Numbered from the stretch's first letter, positions 1-9,426 are shown. The stretch: 64,000 bases of DNA from an uncultured bacterium (GCA_963813815.1 CAWFAD010000010.1:148654-212653); one strand, 5' to 3'. Notes: a model not told the origin generated them from the sequence alone. Numbers and translations are program-made.

Positions 1-3000
1 GCCGCGGCCGTTTGCCCGCCCGCCGGAGCGCAGGAGGGCGTCCCCGCCGCGGGCGACAGCGCGATCTACCGCGTCGACGCGGCGCGGCTTCGCTGGACGA
101 CGGAGGACGCAGAGCGCGTCATCTACCTCGAGGGGGGCGTGCGCCTCGAGCACCAGACGACGACCATCACGGGATCCTGGGGAAAACACTACCCCTCCCG
201 GCGGTACCTCATGCTGCACGACAGCGTTCGCGTCGTCGACGGCACGACGGTGATGACGGCCGATGAGGGGGAGTATTTCGGCGGGACGAACACCGTCGTC
301 CTGCGGGGGCGGGTCCGCGTGCGGGACACCGGCTGGCAGGCCCGCTGCGACCGGGTGACGTACGATCGCACGACCCGGGTCGCCGTCATGACCGGCAACC
401 TGAGCCTCGCCGACAGCACGCGAACCCTCTACGCCGACACGATCGTATACGACCGTTTCCGCGAAACGGCCGACGCGCGGGGCGGCGTGGTGCTCGCCGA
501 CGACGTCGAGGACTATTCGATCGCCGGAGCCCACGCACGGTACGATCGCGCCCGCCGGAAGGCCGTGGTCGACGTCGATCCAGTGCTCACCTTCGATCTG
601 CGCGCGGAGGAAAAGGGGATCGTTACGAGCCGCCTCATGCGCTTCGACATCGACCGCAAACTCGGCATCGCCGAGGGAGACGTCAATCTGGCGAAGGGGG
701 AGACCCGGGCGAGCTGCGACAGCGCGGCCATCTACGACGAGGAGGGGAGGATCGAGCTCTACGGAAAGCCCCTGGCGACGAGCGACAGGTCCTCGATGAG
801 CGGGACGCGGATGATTCTGTGGTACGACGACGCCGCCGTGCAGCGCATCGTCCTCCCCGAGGACGGACGGATAGCCGAATCCCCGCCCGAGGGTTCGCCG
901 TGGCGGGACGATTCGTGGATCGAGGGCGATTCGATCGCCGTCTATCTTTCGGACGAGCGCGTCGATTCGGTGCGGATCGAGCGCAGCGCCCGTGCGATGT
1001 ACTATCCCGCCGAGGAGACCGAGCGCAAGGTGTCCAACAACTACGCGGCGGGAAGCAGGATGTACTTCGCGTTCCGCGAAGGCGAGCTCTCGTATCTGCG
1101 CATCGACGGAAAGGCGACGGGACTCTATCAGTTTCTGAATCTCGGCGGGACAGAGACGATCGACAGCCTCTCCGCCGCGATCGACACGGCGCTCGTCTTC
1201 CGGAGCTTCGAGAAGTCGAGCGAGCGCGTTCGGTACAGCGCCGACACGATCGAGTACTACGCCGGGCGGGAGAATATCGTCATGCACGGAAAGGCCATGC
1301 TCAAGTATCAGGACTCGAGCCTCGAGGCGCGGCGCATCGACTACGATTCGCGCCTCAACATCATCGAGGCCACCGGCGCCCCCGTGCTCACGGAGGCCGA
1401 CCAGCGGATGTACGGGGAGGACATGGGGTACGACATGGACACCCAGGCGGGCGTGGTCGTCGAGGGCTCGACGAAGTACGACCAGGGGTACTACGTCGGA
1501 TCGAACATCTTCAAGGTCGGGAGCGACGTGCTCAAGGTCTATCACTCGACCTACACGACGTGCGACCTCAAGGAGCCGCACTACTCGCTGCGCTCCGACA
1601 AGATGAAGGTCTACGTGAACGACAAGATCGTGTCGGGGCCGATCACGCTCCGCATCGGCGAGCTCCCGGTCTTCTACCTCCCCTTCATGGTCAACTCGCT
1701 GCGCCGCGACCGCTCCTCGGGGCTCCTCCGTCCCAATTTCGACATCGGCATCGACAGCAGGGACGGTCGTTTCATCCGGGGGCTCGGCTACTACTGGGCG
1801 ACGAACGACTACACCGATTTCACCCTCGTCGGCGATTTCAACGAGAACCGGAACATCCGGTTCAACGTCGCGAACCGCTACAAGCTCCGGTACGTCCTCG
1901 ACGGCGACGTTCGCCTCGACTTCGTCCGGCAGTTCGATCCGAGCGGCACCGAATGGAGGATCGAATCGGACCATTCCCAGCAATTCTCGCGGACGGCGAG
2001 CTTTCGCAGCAATCTCGAGTTCGTCTCGAGCGACGAGGCGCAGGAGGCGATCAACAGCTCCGAGGACACGCGGCGGTTCATCGACCGCAAGATCTATTCG
2101 ACGGCGAGCTACCGCCAATCGTGGGGGGGGACGAGCCTGAGCCTCTCGGCGAGCCGGGACCAGAAGCTGAACGTGCAGAGCCCCACGACGCCGTCCATCG
2201 CGATGACCCTGCCGAGCCTCTCCATCGCCCTTCCGCGGACCTCGCTCTGGTTCGGCGACAAGCACTCCTCGTCCGAACGATCCTTCTGGGAGAGCGCCCT
2301 CGGCGGGATCGCGTTCACCCCGTCGCTTTCGGGAAACCACAGCCGGAGCGAGAGCGAGGTGCAGAAGCGCTCGGTCGTCACGGCGAGCTCGGGCGCCGGC
2401 TTCAGCCGCCAGCAGAGCGTCGGATTCCTCGACGTCAACCCGTCGATGAGCCTGCGCTGGAACTACCAGAAGGAGATCGAGAACACGGTCGACACCGCGG
2501 GGACGGGCATCGTGTTCGTCCCGGCGCGCGCCGAGTATCGCAACGAGGTGTCGATGAGCCTCTCGACGGGTCTCGGGACGAAGATCTACGGAACCTTTCA
2601 CCCGCGCATCGGCTCGCTGGCCGGCATCCGCCACACCCTGAACCCCGTCGTCTCGTGGCAGTACGTCCCGAAGCTCAGCGAGCGGCAACGGAGCTCGCAG
2701 AGCGTCTCGTGGGAGCTCCGCAACTCGATCGATCTGAAGCTCGTGAAGGGCGAACGGGAGACGAAGCAGAACGGCGTGTTCACCTGGTATCTCAACGGGT
2801 ACTACCGTCCGGAGAAGGCGATCGCCGACGCCTTTTCCGACATCTCGAGCTCGATGCGGCTGCAGGCCGGAAGCTTCATATCGTTCAACCTCAACCAGAC
2901 CTGGTCCATGGAGTACCGGGAGATCGTCGCCACGACCTTCAGCACCGGATTCGATCTGCGCGGAGCGTTCGCCTATCCGGCGACGTGGAAGGAGCCCGAG

Positions 3001-3474
3001 CGCGAGCGCATCGCCGCCGCCCTCGACGAACCCTCCGATGCCCCCGTTCCGGGCGGGGCCGCCGCGCCGGGCCTGACTCCGGCGTCGGCGGGGAGCTGGT
3101 CGCTTCGGCTCAATTACAACTTGAGCCAGAACGTCGGGCGCCGGCTGCTCTCCGACGGCTCCATCGCGGCGACCCGGCAAACGGACAGCAACCTCGATCT
3201 CGGCGGCGCGCTCTCGCTCACGAAGAACTGGCGGATCACCTACTACGCGTACTACAACGTCGAGGCCCGCGATTTCACCGAGTACCGCTACGCGATCGAG
3301 CGCGATCTCCACTGCTGGCGCGCGAGCTTCAACCATCGGCGCTTCGGAGACGATTGGAGCTACTATTTCCAGATCGCGATCAAGGCGCATCCCGACATCA
3401 TGTACGAGCAGGGCACCCGCGGAATCCAGTCGTTCGGAGGCTCCGGCGGCGGATTTCCCATGAGCGGGTACTGA
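1..3474 (+). CDS. lptD: LPS-assembly protein LptD with an extended N-terminal OstA/LptA-like beta-jellyroll region (5' end outside the window)
   Basis: Frame is open from base 1. Repeated 'ADTI(V/E)Y..G.V.L' jellyroll-like segments, then the LptD-typical YTTCDLKEPHYSL / LPVFYLPF / RSSGLLRP, and a C-terminal barrel ending ERDLHCW..F. Confidence 0.85.
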   Translation, partial: AAAVCPPAGAQEGVPAAGDSAIYRVDAARLRWTTEDAERVIYLEGGVRLEHQTTTITGSWGKHYPSRRYLMLHDSVRVVDGTTVMTADEGEYFGGTNTVVLRGRVRVRDTGWQARCDRVTYDRTTRVAVMTGNLSLADSTRTLYADTIVYDRFRETADARGGVVLADDVEDYSIAGAHARYDRARRKAVVDVDPVLTFDLRAEEKGIVTSRLMRFDIDRKLGIAEGDVNLAKGETRASCDSAAIYDEEGRIELYGKPLATSDRSSMSGTRMILWYDDAAVQRIVLPEDGRIAESPPEGSPWRDDSWIEGDSIAVYLSDERVDSVRIERSARAMYYPAEETERKVSNNYAAGSRMYFAFREGELSYLRIDGKATGLYQFLNLGGTETIDSLSAAIDTALVFRSFEKSSERVRYSADTIEYYAGRENIVMHGKAMLKYQDSSLEARRIDYDSRLNIIEATGAPVLTEADQRMYGEDMGYDMDTQAGVVVEGSTKYDQGYYVGSNIFKVGSDVLKVYHSTYTTCDLKEPHYSLRSDKMKVYVNDKIVSGPITLRIGELPVFYLPFMVNSLRRDRSSGLLRPNFDIGIDSRDGRFIRGLGYYWATNDYTDFTLVGDFNENRNIRFNVANRYKLRYVLDGDVRLDFVRQFDPSGTEWRIESDHSQQFSRTASFRSNLEFVSSDEAQEAINSSEDTRRFIDRKIYSTASYRQSWGGTSLSLSASRDQKLNVQSPTTPSIAMTLPSLSIALPRTSLWFGDKHSSSERSFWESALGGIAFTPSLSGNHSRSESEVQKRSVVTASSGAGFSRQQSVGFLDVNPSMSLRWNYQKEIENTVDTAGTGIVFVPARAEYRNEVSMSLSTGLGTKIYGTFHPRIGSLAGIRHTLNPVVSWQYVPKLSERQRSSQSVSWELRNSIDLKLVKGERETKQNGVFTWYLNGYYRPEKAIADAFSDISSSMRLQAGSFISFNLNQTWSMEYREIVATTFSTGFDLRGAFAYPATWKEPERERIAAALDEPSDAPVPGGAAAPGLTPASAGSWSLRLNYNLSQNVGRRLLSDGSIAATRQTDSNLDLGGALSLTKNWRITYYAYYNVEARDFTEYRYAIERDLHCWRASFNHRRFGDDWSYYFQIAIKAHPDIMYEQGTRGIQSFGGSGGGFPMSGY

Positions 3475-3547
3475 AACCGGGCGGAGGCGCGAGACGGGCG
3501 TCCCCTGAAAAATCTTGTATCCTCGCGGATAAATCGAGATAAAATTG

Positions 3548-3576
3548 TTGACAACAGGGCGAACGGACGGTAGGGT
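3548..3576 (+). promoter_or_regulatory. sigma70-type promoter of the HU gene
   Basis: TTGACA (3548-3553), 17-bp spacer, TAGGGT (3571-3576); SD AAGGAGGT precedes ATG 3613. Confidence 0.65.
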
Positions 3577-3612
3577 GGCGCCAAATCCACGTTCAAGCAA
3601 AGGAGGTGAATC

Positions 3613-3906
3613 ATGAACAAGACCGATCTCATCGAAAAGGTCGCCAAGAAGACCGGGTTGACACTGAAGGATTCGCGCGCCGTCGTCGAAACGATTTTCA
3701 GCACTTCTCCGAAGGAAGGCGTCATCGCCGCCGAGCTCGACGCCGGCAGGAAGGTTCAGATCACCGGTTTCGGGACCTTCATGACGCGCAGAAGGAAGAA
3801 ACGCATGGGACGCAACCCGCAGACGGGCGAAGCGATCACGATTCCTGCGGCGAAGTTCCCCGCGTTCGCGGCCGGCAAGTCGCTCAAGGCTCGCGTCGCG
3901 AAGTAA
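3613..3906 (+). CDS. hup: HU family DNA-binding protein
   Basis: [11 protein letters not shown]...VQITGFGTF...[24 protein letters not shown]; strong SD. Confidence 0.95.
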   Translation: MNKTDLIEKVAKKTGLTLKDSRAVVETIFSTSPKEGVIAAELDAGRKVQITGFGTFMTRRRKKRMGRNPQTGEAITIPAAKFPAFAAGKSLKARVAK

Positions 3907-3921
3907 CCGAGTTTTCGCAGG

Positions 3922-3959
3922 GGGGCAAAGGGAGTTCGCTCTTTTTGCCCCGTTTTTTT
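3922..3959 (+). terminator. Rho-independent terminator after HU
   Basis: GGGGCAAAGGGAG-TTCG-CTCTTTTTGCCCC hairpin followed by a T7 tract. Confidence 0.9.
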
Positions 3960-4007
3960 GCAGGCACGAGGGCGGCGCCGGACGGCGGCGCCGCGGTCGG
4001 GACGCAT

Positions 4008-5384
4008 ATGCGCTTCATGGTTCTCCTCCTCGGGGCGGGCGCCCTCGCCGCCTCGTTCGCCGGCTGCGACGAGGAGCGGCCGGTCACCGTGCTTTTCACG
4101 GGGGACGACCGGGGATTCGTCGTCCCCGCGGGTTGAGGGGAGACCGCCTCCGGCGGCGTGGCCCGGCGGGCCGCGAAAATCAACGAGCTCCGTCTCCGCG
4201 ACGCGGAGCTTCTGCTGCTCTCGGCCGGCGATTTCAGCGCCGAGCCCGGTATCGTCGAAATGTACCGCTCCCGTTTTCTCTCGCGCACGATGGTCGCTCT
4301 CGGCTACGACGCAGTGGCCGTCGGGGAGCGCGAGCTCAACCACGGCATCCGGACGCTCAAGGCGGAGGCGGAGGAGGGGCTGCCGCTCATCTGCGCGAAT
4401 CTCTTCGAGGGCGGGGAGCGCGTCTTTCCTCCGTATATCGTGAAAAAGGCGCACGGAAAGAGGATCGGCATTCTCGCGCTGCTCGGAGCTCCTCCGCGGG
4501 AAACGCGAGGGCTCGAGATCCGCGATCCGGCGTCCGAGGGGCGCGAGGTCATCGAGGAACTGCGGGGCCGGACGGACTGCATCATCCTCCTCGCGCACAT
4601 GGGGCGCGAGGAGCTCGCCCATGTGTTGCCGGCGCTCGAGGGGGTCGACATCGTCATCCGCGCTCACGCGGCGGGGATCGAGCAGGAAGCGGGCGACTGC
4701 GCCGATACGACGGGCGGCCACTTCGAGAACGCGGCGAAGCCGATCCTCTTCGCGGGGGATCGCGGCCGGAAAATCGGGCTCGCGGCCGTCGCCGCCGCGG
4801 GCGGAGATCGCCCCGCGCTCGTCGAGCGGCGGCTCTTCGATCTCGACTCGTCGGTTCCGGACGACTCCTCGACGGCGGAGCGGCTGCGCTCGTTCCTCGA
4901 CGGGGAAGGAGAGCGGCGGCGCGAGCTCTCCCTCTCGAGGGCGCTTTCTCGCGAGGAGGGGACGGGGCGCGTTCTCGAACGCTACCTCGGCGTGGACGTT
5001 TGCGCGCGCTGCCACGGGGAGCTCATGCCGCGATTCACGCTGAGCCGCCACTCCCGCGCGATGGGGACGCTCCGCGCGCGCGGGGAGGAAACGAACCCCG
5101 TTTGCCTTCCGTGCCATACTACCGGATACGGACGCCCGACCGGGTACAGCCCCGAAACAGAAACGAAGGGCGCGCCGTATCTTCAGGGGGTGCAATGCGA
5201 GGCCTGTCACGGTCCGGGAACGATGCACGAGCGCACCGGCGCCTACGCGGAGGCCGGCCGGAAATCCTGCCGCGCCTGCCACACGTCGAAGTGGAGCCCC
5301 GAGTTCGACTACGAGGCGTCATGGCGGCGGGCCGCGCATTGCGGGAAACTCGCGGACAGCGCGTCCGCCGCGGGAGCGCCATGA
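4008..5384 (+). CDS. Putative selenocysteine-containing lipoprotein: degenerate UshA/5'-nucleotidase-like domain plus tetraheme cytochrome c (c554-like); in-frame UGA at 4134-4136
   Basis: Signal peptide with lipobox FAGC. The frame continues across TGA (VVPAG-U-GETASGGVARRA) into ORF 4158..5384. Motif remnants SAGDF, GERE, LLAHMG; four CxxCH motifs (CARCH, CLPCH, CEACH, CRACH); selD is in the same window. Confidence 0.8.
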
Positions 5385-6124
5385 GAACGATCGCCAGCGC
5401 CGCAATCGCCCTCTCCCTCGCCGTCGCGGCCGTCCCCGCCGCCGCCGTGGATTTTCTCGTCCCCGGCGTCTCGCTCGGGTCCGTTTCGCTCGAGCCCGGC
5501 GCGCGGGTGCGCTACCTCGTCGTGACGCAATCGTTCGGATCGTCCGATAGCTCGCAGGTCGAGCTCGCCGTTCTCTCGCACGGCCGCGGCGAGGTTCGTC
5601 TCGAGGTGTCGACCGCGCCCTATCCGCCCAGCCGAGACGAGACGTTCACCGTGAGACTGCGGCTCGCGGAGAGCGTCACGTCGATCGAGTCGGCCGAGGA
5701 GTTCCGCGGGTGTCTCCGCGAGATCCGGATCCGCGAGGGGGACGAGGGTTTTCGCGCGCCCACGGATGACGAGCTCGACGAGCTCGCGATCGAGGATCTC
5801 TTCGTCCAAAGCTCCGCCGGCGCCGAGCGCCGGGCGCTCGAGAGCGGGAAGGTGGCCGTGCCGGCGGGATCCTTCACCTGCTCGGGGATCGAGACCTCGA
5901 GACGGAGCGCGCGCACGGTCACGCTCGGCGGCGTGCGGGCCGAGCGCACCGAGGAGGAGGTGACCCGGATCTACCTCTCCCGGGACGTGCCGCTCTGGGG
6001 GCTCGTGAAGAGCCGAATGGAAAAGCGGAGCATGATGCGGCGCGAGGGCGCCCCGGCCGCGGCGCCGCGGATCACGATCACCGAATCGACGCTGCTCTCG
6101 TTCGAGAGGCCGCGCGCGAGATGA
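5381..6124 (+). CDS. Hypothetical secreted beta-rich protein, translationally coupled to the upstream selenoprotein
   Basis: ATGA overlap at 5381-5384; signal peptide MRTIASAAIALSLAVAAVPAAA; 'VAVPAGSF.C' and 'VPLWGLVK' segments. Confidence 0.7.
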   Translation: MRTIASAAIALSLAVAAVPAAAVDFLVPGVSLGSVSLEPGARVRYLVVTQSFGSSDSSQVELAVLSHGRGEVRLEVSTAPYPPSRDETFTVRLRLAESVTSIESAEEFRGCLREIRIREGDEGFRAPTDDELDELAIEDLFVQSSAGAERRALESGKVAVPAGSFTCSGIETSRRSARTVTLGGVRAERTEEEVTRIYLSRDVPLWGLVKSRMEKRSMMRREGAPAAAPRITITESTLLSFERPRAR

Positions 6125-6240
6125 CGCTCTTCCCCGCCCGCGCGCCGGCGGCCGGCTCCCGCGTTCGAGACGATTCCCATTGATGCTTCCCTTGCGAAAA
6201 ACTATTTTTATGCTAGAATGTAATCTCAAGGGGGGAATCT

Positions 6241-8595
6241 GTGCATCTTCGCTCGAGCGTGACGCTGTGTATCGCATGCGCGATCGTCGTTCTGGGAATC
6301 GAACCGGTGCGGGGGGAGATCCCGTCCCGTCCCGGGACCGTTTCGTGCGCCGTCATCGTTCATGACCGCTCCCCGGACTCCTTCGAGCGCGCCGTCGCCG
6401 CCGCGGAGGCGGCCGGCGCCCGCGCCATGCAGATGCTGCCTCCCGAAACCTTTTTCGCGCGCTTTCCCGCCCGCCCCTCCCGGTCGCTCTTTCAGGGGCT
6501 TCCGGTCGAGCTCGTCTTCTCATCGGGCGACGTTCGCGGCAAGGGGCTCGGTCCCGTCGCCGAAAAGGCGCTCGGGCGTCTTTTCGACGGCATCGGCGCG
6601 GCGGCGGCCGGGGCGGCCCCCGCGGCGGGGGAGCCCGTCGAGGACGTCCTGCTCCGCGTTCCTCCCGAGATCATCCGCGCGGCGACTCCCGCGGGGCCTC
6701 GCCTCGCCTCGCCGGGCGAGATATTCGATCGAGGACCGACGCAGAATAGCGAGTTTCTCATCGGAACCGTGCTCGTGAACATCGTTTTTCCGGAAAGCGA
6801 CGGCGGCACGGAGAACTGGACCCAGGACGAGATTTCGGGCGCCGTGGCCGACCTGATGCTCGGCATCCAGCAGTATCTCGATCGCGCGGGCTGGATGACG
6901 ACGCCGCTGCGCTTCATTTACAACTACAGGGATTACGTCGGGGTCCCCGTGTCCATCGAGCCGATCGAGAGCAACATGGACACGGATTACATCTGGATTT
7001 CCGAGGCGATGGCCGCGCTCGGCTACAGCGCCGACGCCTATTTCGGCCCGAGCGCGCTCAACAACGCGACGCGCTCCGCGTTCGACGCCGACTGGGTCTT
7101 TACGGCGTTCGTCGCCGACATGAGCGCGCATTACGATCCCGATCCCGATCGTCCCGATCCCGGCTGCTGGGGCGGGGCGGGATACGTCGCCTACGCGTAC
7201 CTCGGCGGCCCGTACCTCGTCATACCGTATCCGGCCTGCCGCTACGGGTACGGCCTCGGTTTCGGCCGCGTGTTCATTCACGAGATGAGCCACATTTTCT
7301 GGGCGCTCGACGAGTACGTGAGCGGCGATTATTACACGCTCTGCACCGAATGCTCGGGGTACCTCAACGTGCCGACGCTCAACACGCTCTTCCGGCCCGA
7401 TATGTGCGGCTCCACCCCCGTCGAGTGCATCATGCAGACGGCGAGCCCTCCGTTCGAGTCGCCGCTCCCCATCTGCGAGACGACTCAGGGGCAGGTCGGG
7501 CTCTACGAGAAAGAGCTCGGCGCCATCACGGTGCCCGCCATCTACAGCCTCGCGCCCGAAATCGAGTTCGTCGTCCTGCCGGGGCTCGAGACCGACACGG
7601 TGCTGCCCGACGGAGAGTATCTGTTCGGGGCCCACGTGACGAATCCGGCCGTTCCGAACCTGAACTCCCAGCAGCCCTCCATCTACCGGATCGATTACGC
7701 GGCGGAGCTCGCGAGCGGAGAGATCTCGATCAACGAGATGCCGTACGAGCCGATCCGGCCCTCGACCGGGGCCTGGGACAGCTCGCGCGAGGACATCGGA
7801 TTGATCATGGACGGAAGCGTGTTCGAGCCGGGCCTCAACTCGATCCAGCTGCGCGTGCGCAACATCGCCACGCTCGAAACGATCGCGGAAACGCAGGTGT
7901 TCGCGATCGGCATCAAGTATTTCTTCGTCGCGGCGGAGGCCGACAGCTCCGTCGTCGAGATCTCCTGGGTCACGCCGGGGGAGGTCTTCGGCGCGGCGTT
8001 TTCGGTGCTGCGCTCCGACGATACGATCGGCGAGACGGACGCCGTCGTGTCGGTCGTGACCGAGCCGGTGACGGCGGCTCCCGACCGCCGGGCCTACGCC
8101 TTCACGGACACCCTCGTTCGCCCGGGGCATCGCTACCGGTACCGGATCGTCGCGTCGTTCGAAATAGATTTTCGCGGCGAGCATCTCGCGTATGAATTTC
8201 CGTCGGCCGAAATGAGCGCCACGGCGCTCATACCGATAGCGCCGGGAGCGTTCGTGTCGAGCCTGCTGCCGAATCCGACGAGAGGGCCGGTGTCCTTCAC
8301 CGTCGAGGTGCCGATGAGCTATCAACGGGTCGACGACAGCCGGGCGCCGGCGCCGAACGCGGCGCGGCTCTCTCCCGCGTTGATTCCGGTCACGACGTTC
8401 GTCGACATCACGGTGTACAACGTTCTCGGGCAGCGGCTCCGCACGATCTTCTCGGGCAGTCTCTTCGGCGGCTACATGTCTCTCGTCTGGGACGGCGCCG
8501 GCGATTCGGGCGCCCTCGTTCCGCCGGGGGTCTACTTTCTCTCCGTGACGGCGGGAGGGGCGAGGGACGTGCGAAAGGTCGTCATCGTCCGCTGA
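6241..8595 (+). CDS. Secreted zinc metalloprotease-like protein with C-terminal FlgD-Ig/T9SS-type sorting domain
   Basis: Signal peptide; HEMSHIFWALDEY zinc motif and ECIM Met-turn; C-terminus PNPTRG..VYNVLGQRLRTI..WDG..G..V.PGVYF..KVVIVR; upstream TTGCGA..TGcTAGAAT. Confidence 0.75.
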   Translation: MHLRSSVTLCIACAIVVLGIEPVRGEIPSRPGTVSCAVIVHDRSPDSFERAVAAAEAAGARAMQMLPPETFFARFPARPSRSLFQGLPVELVFSSGDVRGKGLGPVAEKALGRLFDGIGAAAAGAAPAAGEPVEDVLLRVPPEIIRAATPAGPRLASPGEIFDRGPTQNSEFLIGTVLVNIVFPESDGGTENWTQDEISGAVADLMLGIQQYLDRAGWMTTPLRFIYNYRDYVGVPVSIEPIESNMDTDYIWISEAMAALGYSADAYFGPSALNNATRSAFDADWVFTAFVADMSAHYDPDPDRPDPGCWGGAGYVAYAYLGGPYLVIPYPACRYGYGLGFGRVFIHEMSHIFWALDEYVSGDYYTLCTECSGYLNVPTLNTLFRPDMCGSTPVECIMQTASPPFESPLPICETTQGQVGLYEKELGAITVPAIYSLAPEIEFVVLPGLETDTVLPDGEYLFGAHVTNPAVPNLNSQQPSIYRIDYAAELASGEISINEMPYEPIRPSTGAWDSSREDIGLIMDGSVFEPGLNSIQLRVRNIATLETIAETQVFAIGIKYFFVAAEADSSVVEISWVTPGEVFGAAFSVLRSDDTIGETDAVVSVVTEPVTAAPDRRAYAFTDTLVRPGHRYRYRIVASFEIDFRGEHLAYEFPSAEMSATALIPIAPGAFVSSLLPNPTRGPVSFTVEVPMSYQRVDDSRAPAPNAARLSPALIPVTTFVDITVYNVLGQRLRTIFSGSLFGGYMSLVWDGAGDSGALVPPGVYFLSVTAGGARDVRKVVIVR

Positions 8596-8629
8596 TCGCG
8601 AGTCCGCGCCGCGGCGGACGGAAATCCTG

Positions 8630-8658
8630 TTGACATCCTACACGCCTGGTGGTATAAG
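8630..8658 (+). promoter_or_regulatory. sigma70 promoter with extended -10
   Basis: TTGACA (8630-8635), 17 bp, TGgTATAAG (-10 at 8653-8658). Confidence 0.75.
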
Positions 8659-8659
8659 G

Positions 8660-8707
8660 CCACCATATCTGGTATGATGGAGGTCCACCGAATACCGTAT
8701 GCTGTAT
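8660..8707 (+). promoter_or_regulatory. Candidate tandem NrdR-box-like operator
   Basis: CCACCATATCTGGTAT (8660-8675) shares ATATCTGGTATG with the box upstream of the RNR gene; a weaker second site ATACCGTATGCTGTAT lies 32 bp downstream (8692-8707). Confidence 0.5.
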
Positions 8708-8745
8708 ACCGCGAAGCAGTCTATCCGCTGAAAGGGAGGGAGGAA

Positions 8746-8934
8746 ATGACGAGAGTGGAAAAGGAGGATACACTACTTCAGAAGGATAAAAATTACGTGA
8801 AATTTCACCGGCTTCTCGCCAAGGCCGAGGCCGAGGGCAGATTAGACGGCAAGCACGTTTGCCCGGTGTGCGGGATGAGATTTCTCGCGCCGAAAGAGGC
8901 GGACGATTGCTGCCGCATCGTATCGTCGCAGTAA
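8746..8934 (+). CDS. Small (62 aa) zinc-finger-like protein (CPVC...CC)
   Basis: Strong SD GGGAGGGAGG before ATG 8746; HVCPVCGMRF-x7-DCC resembles a C2H2-type finger with Cys ligands. Confidence 0.7.
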   Translation: MTRVEKEDTLLQKDKNYVKFHRLLAKAEAEGRLDGKHVCPVCGMRFLAPKEADDCCRIVSSQ

Positions 8935-8976
8935 TCATCCGGGGGAACGTGAGGGTTCGATGGAAGGGGATCTTTC

Positions 8977-9414
8977 GTGACGCAGCGAAAAGTGAAAAGC
9001 AAAAAGGAACGCGCGCGAACCATCTCGCAGTACTGCTCGGTCTGCAAGAAGGCGTTCGACATGCCGGTCGTGGAGGAAGCGGACAATCAGGAAGTCATCT
9101 GGCTCAAATGTCCGGGGTGCAACGGTTACCTTCCGCATATGCTCAACCAGGACGAGATCGGCGATGAGGACGAGGGAGACGCCGAAAAGACCGCGCACGC
9201 GTCGGAGGACGTCGCGATCGAAGATCTCTACACCGAGAACGCCCGCGAGTACAGCGAGGCCGGCCGGTACGAGGTCGGCGAGGTGATCTACCATCGATCC
9301 TGGAACGATTACGGCAAGGTGGTCGCCAAGGAGACGCTCCCGGGGAACCGCAGCACGATTGTCGTGCATTTCGTGAACCAGGGAAAGATCAAGCTGCTGG
9401 AAGGAGTGGCATAG
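8977..9414 (+). CDS. Zinc-ribbon plus Tudor/SH3-like (PcrA/UvrD C-terminal-like) hypothetical protein
   Basis: CSVC...CPGC, an acidic linker, then YEVGEVIYHRSWNDYGKVV...IVVHF..QGKIKLL. Confidence 0.7.
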   Translation: MTQRKVKSKKERARTISQYCSVCKKAFDMPVVEEADNQEVIWLKCPGCNGYLPHMLNQDEIGDEDEGDAEKTAHASEDVAIEDLYTENAREYSEAGRYEVGEVIYHRSWNDYGKVVAKETLPGNRSTIVVHFVNQGKIKLLEGVA

Positions 9415-9426
9415 AAGGGCCGCGAA

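Noticed and set aside
819..3542. Long alternative-frame and antisense ORFs (also 10272-12311, 28831-32196, 49982-52465 and others)
   Set aside because: Arg/Ala/Pro-rich shadow ORFs expected in high-GC DNA, overlapping well-supported genes.
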